From an uncultured bacterium (lineage in GTDB: Bacteria > Verrucomicrobiota > Kiritimatiellia > RFP12 > UBA1067): a stretch of DNA of 64,000 nucleotides. Location of the stretch: positions 4,017-68,016 of the forward strand of contig CADCCQ010000002.1 in NCBI GenBank assembly GCA_902799955.1, read 5' to 3'. Position numbers and translations under genes: made by a program. The notes under the pieces are model-generated. The model was not told where the DNA came from, searched no databases, and saw nothing but the letters and a program-made list of their open reading frames with translations. Positions 51,971 to 60,056 of this stretch are shown here, piece after piece. Numbering within the stretch: the stretch's first letter is position 1; each line of letters begins with the position of its first letter.

Positions 51971-54000
51971 TGCAATTCCAAATCGATCGCATTATCGTAT
52001 GGCCGAAAGACGACAGTCTGAGGAGGAACGAGGTCTTGTTCCAAAGGAACACGGTCAATGTCATCTCGGGAGCATCAAGAACTGGGAAATCCGCGATCTG
52101 CGGTTTGATTGATTACTGCATGGGCAGCAAGGAGTGTTCGATCCCAGTCGGCGTCGTGCGGGACAACGCTGCGTGGTATGGCATCGTAGCACACACAGCC
52201 GAAGGACGAATACTGTTCGCGAGGCGGAATCCTGCAGACAAGGAAAAAACAAGTTTGGACTGCCGGATCATACCAATATTAGCGGACAGCGACATCCCTG
52301 ATTCGATAAGAGAAGAGCCGAACCGTGAGAATACAGACGACGTGGTTCAAAAGTTGTCGCGCCTCGCTGGGATTACAGACGTTGGCAGGGAGGACACCCC
52401 CGGAAGGACAAATGACGACGGCCATTTGAGCTTCAGGGACATAGCGCATATGCTATTCCAAGTTCAAGACATCATGACAAGTCGCTATATGCTGTTCTAC
52501 AAGTTGCACGTTTCATTCAGCAGGGACAAGCTAAGGGACTGGTTTAATTTCATCATAGGCGCGGAAACACTTATGGAGGTGCTGAAGCGCAAAGAAGTAA
52601 AAGCGCTGCGCCTAAAGCTCGATACTTTACAGGACAATTACGAACGAGCCAAAAATGCAGCGAATGTTTTTCTGTCATCCATCCGAGACAAGATGGTGGA
52701 GGCTGTTAAGTTTGGCCTTTGCCCTGCCGATGGTCTGCCAGAAGACCACGACAAGCTGATAGCACTTGCTACCAAGATTGCGCAAGACAGCGGAGACACT
52801 CAAACTAAGGCAAGCTCAGAGACGCTAAAGGCATACCGAAAGGAAATCCGCACCCTCAAGAAACAAAACGAATTTCTGGATTCCGAAATCCGCAGGGTAA
52901 ACAAGGAAATGTCGGAATTCGAGTCTCTCATCGAAAACCTGAACCTTTACAATAGTGCAAATGCCGCAAAGAAGGAGCGTTTGAAGATTGCCAAGTGGAT
53001 GCGGGAGAATTGGCATGATGCCGGCGAATGCACAGCATCAGGAAAAGATGGTTACAACAAAGCTGTTGCCGAGCTAGACAAGATTTGCTCCGTCGTCCAG
53101 CGATGCGAAGATGCGGCTTCCGCGACAAGTGCCGTAAATCCTCAAGACATCTCAGAGTACCAGAACCTAAAGCGGCGCAGCGAAGAGTTGATTGAGACAT
53201 TAAGGCGGAACGAGCAGCAAATCAAGGCGCTCCAAAACACGCAAGTCTCTGTGCAGTCCGTTAAAATGAACCAGCTAATCGGTGAAATTAGACAAGTCAT
53301 TGCTACTGCCGAACACATCAAGGAACACGAGGGCATCTATAAGCAAATCTCGGAAGTAAAAGCGCAGTTGGACGCGGCGACAAAAGAATGCGATGAGGGA
53401 GCAATCCGGGCAAGGGCGAAGGAGAGAATAGAGGCTATCCAGCGAATTGCACTCGAACGGCTTAATTCGCTTGACTGCGAAGACGAGTACAGGATGAATC
53501 CTCCGATCTTCGACAAGAACGAAATGAATTTGTCGGTCGTGGATTCCCACGGCTCCAGGCATAATCTTAGCGAGGTCGGAAGTGCTTCAAACTGGGTGTC
53601 AATGCACATCGCATTTTCCTGCGCATTCCAGGAGTTCTTCTCAAAAATGGCAGCGCCGGCTTCGTGCGTGCCGAATTTCATGGTATTTGACCAGCCAAGC
53701 CAAGTGTATTTTCCGGCTGTGTCAAATCTAAGGCAAGGAAACCAATACGACGAGATTTTGAAGAACCTCGACAATGTCAAGCTTGATAGCGATGACAGGG
53801 AGAGCGTGAGAAAGATATTCTCAACGCTTTCGCATTCAACAAGAGATTCCAATTTCCACTGGCAAGCCATCGTTCTTGAACACGCAGGCGAGGATGTTTA
53901 CGGCAATGTTGATGGCGTTGTCGAATGCGCGAACTGGCATAATGGCGATGCATTGATTCCGAAGGCTTGGTACGAAAAACCTAACACGGCAGAGATTTAG
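51970..54000 (+). CDS. DUF3732-type coiled-coil ABC/SMC-like ATPase (676 aa)
   Basis: Walker A GASRTGKS (res 34-41), about 280-aa heptad-rich middle, GSASNW signature-like motif, Walker B FMVFDQPSQ (D about 574), VLEHAGED. The true ATG is 51970, not the track start at 51796. Confidence 0.8.
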   Translation: MQFQIDRIIVWPKDDSLRRNEVLFQRNTVNVISGASRTGKSAICGLIDYCMGSKECSIPVGVVRDNAAWYGIVAHTAEGRILFARRNPADKEKTSLDCRIIPILADSDIPDSIREEPNRENTDDVVQKLSRLAGITDVGREDTPGRTNDDGHLSFRDIAHMLFQVQDIMTSRYMLFYKLHVSFSRDKLRDWFNFIIGAETLMEVLKRKEVKALRLKLDTLQDNYERAKNAANVFLSSIRDKMVEAVKFGLCPADGLPEDHDKLIALATKIAQDSGDTQTKASSETLKAYRKEIRTLKKQNEFLDSEIRRVNKEMSEFESLIENLNLYNSANAAKKERLKIAKWMRENWHDAGECTASGKDGYNKAVAELDKICSVVQRCEDAASATSAVNPQDISEYQNLKRRSEELIETLRRNEQQIKALQNTQVSVQSVKMNQLIGEIRQVIATAEHIKEHEGIYKQISEVKAQLDAATKECDEGAIRARAKERIEAIQRIALERLNSLDCEDEYRMNPPIFDKNEMNLSVVDSHGSRHNLSEVGSASNWVSMHIAFSCAFQEFFSKMAAPASCVPNFMVFDQPSQVYFPAVSNLRQGNQYDEILKNLDNVKLDSDDRESVRKIFSTLSHSTRDSNFHWQAIVLEHAGEDVYGNVDGVVECANWHNGDALIPKAWYEKPNTAEI

Positions 54001-54002
54001 TC

Positions 54003-54680
54003 ATGGAGAATCCATCTTCATATAAAGCGATTGGGGACCTCGCAAAGTGCATCGGCAATCTTTCTGCTAGACTTGACGCTGGATCAACTCCGCCCGAGGT
54101 TCTTCTTTCGCCGAAGCAACCAGTATTCTCGCTCCTGACGACATTGTTGCCAACCATTGCCGATGACAAATCTTTGGGAAGAACAGAACAGCTCGAATGT
54201 GCAAAGCTTGATCAAGCAATGCAGGGGTTGTTCAAGAAATGCAAAATTCTCGCGGGAATGGCACTCGCGAAAGACATATCGCTGTCCTGGTCATCCATAT
54301 ACGCAATTCTAAAGCGAGGCAATCGAGACGAAGCATCGGGAGAATCCATCGCGATGTTGATGACCGAAATTACAGACAGGCTCTCTGAGTTTTGCAACTG
54401 CAGCAAAGCAAAGAAGAAATCTGTGCGCAAGTCTCGAATGGGCAGTGGACTACGCGGCACAAAAACAAAGAAAATGGACGATCAACTATCGGACTTCAAG
54501 GCGTGGCTCCTTGACAATCCGGCTAAGGATACTGACAAAACCAAAACCATCGGAGCAAGAGCGACCCAATACTGGAACCAAAACAAGAAGGCCATGACAA
54601 AAGCGGCAAAAGAAATCGGCGAAAAACGTGGCTACTCAAATGCCAAAGCCCTCGCTCAATCCTATCGTAAGACGAAATAG
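54003..54680 (+). CDS. 225-aa orphan protein with Lys-rich C-terminal half, coupled to the ATPase gene
   Basis: ATG lies 2 nt after the ATPase stop. Same low GC as the island. No family recognised. Confidence 0.55.
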   Translation: MENPSSYKAIGDLAKCIGNLSARLDAGSTPPEVLLSPKQPVFSLLTTLLPTIADDKSLGRTEQLECAKLDQAMQGLFKKCKILAGMALAKDISLSWSSIYAILKRGNRDEASGESIAMLMTEITDRLSEFCNCSKAKKKSVRKSRMGSGLRGTKTKKMDDQLSDFKAWLLDNPAKDTDKTKTIGARATQYWNQNKKAMTKAAKEIGEKRGYSNAKALAQSYRKTK

Positions 54681-54717
54681 TACTACGCAATTCCCGTTTT
54701 CAGCGTAGTAGTTTTCC
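54681..54717 (+). terminator. hairpin after island operon
   Basis: TACTACGC, 14-nt loop, GCGTAGTA, then GTTTTCC. Confidence 0.4.
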
Positions 54718-54745
54718 TAACTACGCTACTATTCCGAACCTCATA

Positions 54746-54780
54746 AACCCCAGCTTTTGCTGGGGTTTTTCGTTATTTTC
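54746..54780 (+). terminator. rho-independent terminator of the island operon
   Basis: AACCCCAGC, TTTT loop, GCTGGGGTT, then TTTCGTTATTTT. Confidence 0.7.
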
Positions 54781-54919
54781 AGTTCTCCATCAATCACAAA
54801 CAAACAACTTTACTACGCCGAGATTTATCTTATTCGCGTGATTCGGGGCAATGCGCCTACCGTCGCACAGTGCGACAGCGGGGACTGCAAAACCCACGAA
54901 TTGCAGAATAGGAAACATA

Positions 54920-55159
54920 ATGGCAAAGAGTTATGCTCCCGTCAGGAGCAAACGGCAAAAACGCGGTACGATGGCAGGGTTCTATCGCCGCTGCGAAGCA
55001 TTCTATGCTCAGATCGATTGGGATCTTGAATGCGAAAGACGCAGACGCGTAGACTGGAAATGCACCCAAAACAAACCGGCACTCCCTAAGTCTGGCACGG
55101 AGGGAATGCATATCGACAAAAGCCTTGTCGGGCTTCTTCTTGAAAAGAAGGAGGCGTGA
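54920..55159 (+). CDS. hypothetical small basic protein (79 aa)
   Basis: ATG at 54920 after AGGAAACATA. Two inverted repeats lie upstream (GTCGCAC-a-GTGCGAC at 54863-54877; CTGCAA-N10-TTGCAG). Confidence 0.4.
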   Translation: MAKSYAPVRSKRQKRGTMAGFYRRCEAFYAQIDWDLECERRRRVDWKCTQNKPALPKSGTEGMHIDKSLVGLLLEKKEA

Positions 55160-55160
55160 C

Positions 55161-55427
55161 ATGGCGACTCCCAATAGAAATGCCAAACGCTGGCCGTCCC
55201 GTCTTGCAGGCTCAGCTTCTTGCCTTCACAAGGAGATTGTCTCTCCAGGCTCATACTGCACAGTTCCAATCTGCGGATCGGAACTAGACCTGTCGGATGA
55301 CATCTGCGAGAGCGAGCGCAGCCTCGAAGCGTTCGAGGAGTTGGTCAACAACGACGCCTTCATGGAGAGGCGTTTCTCCGCTATCTGCGACATGCACGGC
55401 GGAAGATGCTGGGAGGTGGCGCGATGA
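55161..55427 (+). CDS. hypothetical Cys-containing small protein (88 aa)
   Basis: AAGGAGG SD. ATGA overlap with the sigma-factor gene. Its position is compatible with an anti-sigma or regulator role, which is unverified. Confidence 0.45.
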   Translation: MATPNRNAKRWPSRLAGSASCLHKEIVSPGSYCTVPICGSELDLSDDICESERSLEAFEELVNNDAFMERRFSAICDMHGGRCWEVAR

Positions 55428-56290
55428 AAGTTCCCGCCATTTCAATTCGCGTCCGCACCTACTTGCGGACCGGCTCTGGAGAGCATCTCGTCTCCGACAG
55501 GGTTCTCAAGCCGCTGACTGCGGCGGAGCGTCGCCAGGGAATGCGCGACGAACTGCGCGAATACATCGAAAAGCACGGCATCCCCGGCACTAAGCGCAAG
55601 GGGAAGCGGCGATACAAGCCAAGCGCACGCGAACTCGACTGCGGAGCGGACACATCGTTGAACATGGCATTCGACGCCGACGGGGTTCCGTCCACGGAGG
55701 ATCAGGAGGCGATGTACAAGATGATGCGCTCGCACCTCTCCCTCGTCGCAAGCGATCTCGCGGCAAGCGGGGTCATATCGTTCAGCGACGTCCAAGACGC
55801 GGAGATGCAGTTCTTCGGCGTCTGCCGAGACTCTCTGGCGAAATGGGACCCGCAGAAGGCCAGCCTCAAGACATTCCTGTACGAATGCGTCGCAAACGCG
55901 AAGCTCGACTTCGTGAAGTCGATCAAGCGCGCGAAACGTTCGTTTTCGCATACGCACATCCCCATAGAAAACGAGGCTACCGACGGCGATGCCGAGGCGG
56001 GCAGGGACGATTCTCTGAATGGAACCGTCAACGAGGAGGCTCTGTGTGACCGCCATGCGCTTGAGCGGATGGAGTTCATGTGGGCACTCCACGATTTCGT
56101 GGCGCTACTCGACCCAGACGAGAAGCTCGCGCTTGACTACCTTCTGCACGACCACACGCAGGATGAGACCGCAAAGTGGATGGGCTGCACGCTCATGCAG
56201 TTCCGCCGCCACATACTGCAGTCACTCCAGATGAAGGCAGTTCTATGCGGCTTTACACCCCACAATGGCTCGGAAATTTGCAAAGGATAG
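55424..56290 (+). CDS. ECF-like sigma-70 family factor with N-terminal extension (288 aa)
   Basis: Region-2-like DVQDAEMQFFGVCRDSLAKWDPQKASLKTFLYECVANAKLDFVKSIKR. Region-4-like LDPDEKLALDYLLHDHTQDETAKWMGCTLMQFRRHI. Confidence 0.6.
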   Translation: MKVPAISIRVRTYLRTGSGEHLVSDRVLKPLTAAERRQGMRDELREYIEKHGIPGTKRKGKRRYKPSARELDCGADTSLNMAFDADGVPSTEDQEAMYKMMRSHLSLVASDLAASGVISFSDVQDAEMQFFGVCRDSLAKWDPQKASLKTFLYECVANAKLDFVKSIKRAKRSFSHTHIPIENEATDGDAEAGRDDSLNGTVNEEALCDRHALERMEFMWALHDFVALLDPDEKLALDYLLHDHTQDETAKWMGCTLMQFRRHILQSLQMKAVLCGFTPHNGSEICKG

Positions 56291-56296
56291 GGGGCA

Positions 56297-56827
56297 ATGA
56301 TGAAAACATCAGATTTATCAACATTCCCACTTGATATATCCCCCGTCATTACGGCATCATATCGGTCGGAAAGCATGAAAGGCGAAATGGAAGACGACAT
56401 TCGACATGAGATCGACCGACTCGCAGCGCTCGACCACGAGGCGCTGAAGATGGAATATCTCTCCCGTTTCGGCGGCACGGCGACCTTCGGCGATGTCTTC
56501 ATGCGCCGCCGCCTTGCGCAGCAAATCCAGGAGGATCGGCTCGGTGGCCTCACCGCCACGGAAATCGAACTGCTCGCGCGGGTCGCCCGCAAGGACGGAC
56601 GCGCAAACCCACGCGCCACGCGCAAGGCGAACCCCGCCGTGCGCGGCGTCACCTACACCCGGATGTATAAGGGACGCCTCGTCGCCGTGACGGCAGCGGG
56701 ACACGGGCAGTTCGAGTACGAAGGACAGCTCTATCCGTCCCTCACGGCCTGCGTCAAGGCAATCACGGGGACTCACTACTCTGGACGCAAGTTCTTCAGA
56801 CTTGGAGGCGAGCCATGCAGCAGGTAA
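56297..56827 (+). CDS. DUF2924-like protein (176 aa)
   Basis: GVTYTRMYKGRLVAVTAAGHGQFEYEGQLYPSLTACVKAITGTHYSGRKFFRL. Typical partner found upstream of large serine recombinases. Confidence 0.7.
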   Translation: MMKTSDLSTFPLDISPVITASYRSESMKGEMEDDIRHEIDRLAALDHEALKMEYLSRFGGTATFGDVFMRRRLAQQIQEDRLGGLTATEIELLARVARKDGRANPRATRKANPAVRGVTYTRMYKGRLVAVTAAGHGQFEYEGQLYPSLTACVKAITGTHYSGRKFFRLGGEPCSR

Positions 56828-58110
56828 TACGGTGTGCCGTCTACACGCGCAAGAGCGTGGAGGAGGGGCTAGAGCAGGAGTTCAACACGCTCGATGCCCA
56901 GCGGATGGCTTGCGAGGCTTATATCGCCGCCAAGCGTCTTGAAGGCTGGACGTGTCTTCCCGACCGCTACGACGACGGCGGCTATTCCGGAGGCAACCTG
57001 AAGCGTCCCGCGTTCCAGAGACTGATGGACGATGTCCGCGCCGGCTGTGTGGACATGATAGTCTGCTACAAGATCGACCGACTCTCCCGCTCGCTCCTGG
57101 ACTTCACGCAGGTCTTCAACGAGCTGGAGAAGCACCACGTCTCGTTCTCGTGTGTCACGCAGGAGCTGAACACCTCGACCTCGATGGGGAGGATGTGCAT
57201 GAACCTCCTCATGACATTCGCGCAGTTCGAGCGGGAGCTTGCCTCAGAACGCACGTCGGACAAGATGGCGGCAACGAGGCGCAAGGGAATCTGGCCGGGC
57301 GGGACGGTACCATATGGCTACAAACGAATCGAGAAGCGGCTCGTCGTCGATCCAGACACAGCCCCGAACGTCGTGAAGATCTTCGAGTGGTATCTCGAAC
57401 TCGGGACGCCAAAGCTCGTCGCCAAGCGCCTCACCGAGAACGGCATACTCCGCTTCCCGGAGAGGAACAAGCCATTCGACACGGTAATGGTCGCGACAGC
57501 GCTCCGCAACTGCGTCTACATCGGTCGTGTCCCGCTGAAGAACGAATCCTTCAAAGGCATACACGAACCCATCATCGACATGGATCTGTGGGACAAGGTG
57601 GCGGCCCGGCTGAAGAACGTCGAGTTCAAGCCGAGGACGGAGCGGCGCGCCACCTCTCCGGCACTGCTGACAGGGCTTCTCCGCTGCGGACATTGCGGCG
57701 ACGCGCTCTCCTACACCTGGACTGGCAAGAACCGCAGCGGACAAATCCGCTACGGATACTACACGTGCCGAAAGGACATGAGGCGCGGTGTCTCGACCTG
57801 CTCGGTAAAGTCCGTTCCGGCACAACTGATCGAGCCGCTTGTCGAGTCCGAGGCGGTCGCGTTCCTAAAGACCCCGACAATGCTCCGCGCCCTCGCGGGG
57901 GAACGCCATATCTCGCCGTTCGAGATGCGAAGGCAGCTCGACTCGCCAGAGGAGTTTTGGACGTCCCTGACGCCGGCCGCCAAGCGCGAACTGCTATCAA
58001 GAATCATAGAAACTGTGACGGTCTACGAATCGTCCGTCGACATAAAGTTCAAGGTAAAGGGCGACAAACGCCTCATGGAGGAGTTCAAGAATGAACATCA
58101 TGGAAACTGA
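56815..58110 (+). CDS. large serine recombinase (integrase), 431 aa
   Basis: RCAVYTRKSVEEGLEQEFNTLDAQ (catalytic Ser region), YKIDRLSRS, recombinase and Zn-ribbon region CGHCGD...YYTC. Confidence 0.9.
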   Translation: MQQVIRCAVYTRKSVEEGLEQEFNTLDAQRMACEAYIAAKRLEGWTCLPDRYDDGGYSGGNLKRPAFQRLMDDVRAGCVDMIVCYKIDRLSRSLLDFTQVFNELEKHHVSFSCVTQELNTSTSMGRMCMNLLMTFAQFERELASERTSDKMAATRRKGIWPGGTVPYGYKRIEKRLVVDPDTAPNVVKIFEWYLELGTPKLVAKRLTENGILRFPERNKPFDTVMVATALRNCVYIGRVPLKNESFKGIHEPIIDMDLWDKVAARLKNVEFKPRTERRATSPALLTGLLRCGHCGDALSYTWTGKNRSGQIRYGYYTCRKDMRRGVSTCSVKSVPAQLIEPLVESEAVAFLKTPTMLRALAGERHISPFEMRRQLDSPEEFWTSLTPAAKRELLSRIIETVTVYESSVDIKFKVKGDKRLMEEFKNEHHGN

Positions 58111-58489
58111 AGACGGGAACGTCCTAGTATCGATTCCGATCCGCTTTCAGACCGTCTGCGGACGCAGGCGGCTCGTCGTCGTCGGGCAAGGCGAGGTGAA
58201 CGACATCGACCTTGACGAATCGGGGACGCTCATACGATTGTTCGCCCGCGCACGGGAATGGACACGGCTTCTCGAAAGCGGGGCGTTCGCCGACGTGAAG
58301 GAGCTTGCGGAGGGGTTGAAGATGGACCGACCATACGTGGTTCGCGTCCTCCGCCTCGCCAATCTTTCGCCGAAGATACTCCGTGCGGTCATAGCCAAGG
58401 AACTTCCAGACGATTTCTCGACCGAGCGGCTCTTCAACATCAAGAGCGACCTCTGGAGCGAACAGGAGAGGGAGATAGGCCTCGCATAG
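58091..58489 (+). CDS. small HTH accessory protein of the DUF2924-recombinase module (132 aa)
   Basis: YVVRVLRLANLSPKILRAVIAKELPDDFSTERL resembles the ParB/KorB-like tail I recall seeing next to such recombinases. Confidence 0.5.
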   Translation: MNIMETEDGNVLVSIPIRFQTVCGRRRLVVVGQGEVNDIDLDESGTLIRLFARAREWTRLLESGAFADVKELAEGLKMDRPYVVRVLRLANLSPKILRAVIAKELPDDFSTERLFNIKSDLWSEQEREIGLA

Positions 58490-58516
58490 CCGATCCACGT
58501 CATCCAATGCTTCCTG

Positions 58517-58546
58517 CGGCATGGTCTTTTGACCATGCCGTTTCTG
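58517..58546 (+). terminator. rho-independent terminator of the integration operon
   Basis: CGGCATGGTC, TTTT loop, GACCATGCCG, then TTTCTG. Confidence 0.7.
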
Positions 58547-58827
58547 TCTCGTGTGCATTTGCACACATTCCCGACATAAAGTTCTCTTTGCGCCCAAAAT
58601 CGGTCTATGAAAGAATGCGCGCATACCAGACTTGAAGTTTGCATAGGGAATCGGAGAAACGGGCGTTTTCCCTCGAAAACGTCGTGTTGACTAAAGTCAC
58701 GCGGCGGAGATACAAAAGGGGCGAAAAAGCCCTGGTAAAGCCCCGCAGCGGGGTTTCCGCCACACACGGCAGAGAACTCGCCAAAAGCAAAACAGCCCCG
58801 TGTATTGGGCTTTATACGCAAATCTAT

Positions 58828-58858
58828 GAAAAAGAAAAAATCGGAGTTCTCTCCGATT
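58828..58858 (-). terminator. terminator of the tRNA operon
   Basis: Minus strand: AATCGGAG, AGAA loop, CTCCGATT, then TTTTTCTTTTTC. Confidence 0.7.
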
Positions 58859-58869
58859 TCGATGGAATT

Positions 58870-58945
<76 letters not shown>

Positions 58946-58961
58946 GCACCTTTGGCCGAAA

Positions 58962-59037
58962 TGGTAGGGGCGCAGGGATTCGAACCCTGGACCCAGTGAT
59001 TAAGAGTCACTTGCTCTACCAGCTGAGCTACGCCCCC
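58962..59037 (-). tRNA. tRNA-Lys(CTT): tRNA-Lys (anticodon CTT), CCA encoded
   Basis: Acceptor GGGGGCG/CGCCCCT (G1-U72 wobble), anticodon stem-loop AGTGA-CTCTTAA-TCACT, T arm CAGGG-TTCGAAT-CCCTG. 76 nt. Confidence 0.85.
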
Positions 59038-59049
59038 ATTTCACTGTTT

Positions 59050-59125
59050 TGGAGCGAGGAACGGGATTCGAACCCGCGACAACCACCTTGGCAAGGTGGC
59101 ACTCTACCAACTGAGTTATCCTCGC
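59050..59125 (-). tRNA. tRNA-Gly(GCC): tRNA-Gly (anticodon GCC), CCA encoded
   Basis: Acceptor GCGAGGA/TCCTCGC, anticodon stem-loop CCACC-TTGCCAA-GGTGG, T arm GCGGG-TTCGAAT-CCCGT. 76 nt. Confidence 0.85.
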
Positions 59126-59189
59126 TTTGAAAACGAACAATAGTATATCACATTCCCACCATAAAAAGCAAGAGGGAATTTTGATTTTT

Positions 59190-60056
59190 TTAGTGGGCTG
59201 CCCTGAAGGCCGAAAACGCTATCATCAGGAAGCCGACGACGGAGAGGAGATCGGGCGTCTGCGAGAAGAACAGATAGCCCAGCGCGGCGGTGAAGACGAC
59301 GTTGGAGTAGTCGTAGACGGCGACCTCCCGCGGCGGCGCGAAGCGATACGCGGCGGTGACGCCGAACTGCCCTATCGCCGCGCCGCATCCCGCGCCGAGC
59401 ATTATCAGGAACTGCCTCCACGTCATCGGGTCGACGCCGGCCGCCATGAAAGGCAGCGACGCCACGCAGGAGAACGCGCTGAAGAAGAACACTATGAAGG
59501 AGCCGTCCACGCGCATGACCCCCAGCTCCCTCACGCACGTGTACGCGATCCCGGCGCCGAGCCCCCCGGCGAGGGCGCACAGCGTCGCGAACGTATCCGC
59601 GCCCCTGAAGCCGGGTTTCATCACGAGCATGACGCCGACGAACGCCGCGACGAGGCACAGCGCCTGGTGGAGGCGCACCCTCTCGCGCAGGAACACCCAG
59701 GAAAGCGCGACGGCGAAGATCGGCGCCGTCTTGTTGAGCGCCATGGCCTCGCCTACAGGAATCCTGGACAGCGCGTAGAAGTTGCCGAATATGCCGATGC
59801 ACCCGGCGACGGAACGCGTCAGCACAAGCGCCCACGCCTTTCCCGGAAGGCGCGGAAAAGCGGCCTTCATCCCGCCCTCGCCCCTGACCAGGACAACGCC
59901 GGCGATTACAAGCGCGACGAGATTCCTGAACAGGCTCTTCTGGAAGCTGGAGACAGGCCCGCCGTAGTCGTCGCAAAGCCTGACGAACGCCGCCATCAGC
60001 GCGAAGCCGAATGCACTCGCCAGAATCGCGAGGATGCCCTTTGCGCGAGCAGTCAT
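59190..60056 (-). CDS. EamA/DMT-family transporter (288 aa)
   Basis: About ten hydrophobic helices. ILASAFGFALMAAFVRL and duplicated EamA-like halves. Confidence 0.75.
   Translation of the reverse strand: MTARAKGILAILASAFGFALMAAFVRLCDDYGGPVSSFQKSLFRNLVALVIAGVVLVRGEGGMKAAFPRLPGKAWALVLTRSVAGCIGIFGNFYALSRIPVGEAMALNKTAPIFAVALSWVFLRERVRLHQALCLVAAFVGVMLVMKPGFRGADTFATLCALAGGLGAGIAYTCVRELGVMRVDGSFIVFFFSAFSCVASLPFMAAGVDPMTWRQFLIMLGAGCGAAIGQFGVTAAYRFAPPREVAVYDYSNVVFTAALGYLFFSQTPDLLSVVGFLMIAFSAFRAAH

Larger units (their letters stand above)
1..58550. mobile_element. Prophage (siphovirus-like, lambda-type terminase-gpW-portal module) with a serine-recombinase integration module; left end lies outside the window
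   Basis: Contiguous phage gene set on the minus strand (1-50112) plus a plus-strand arm (50452-58489) ending in DUF2924 and a large serine recombinase. Host tRNAs and housekeeping genes begin at 58870. The right junction is unresolved, somewhere in 58490-58830. Confidence 0.75.
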
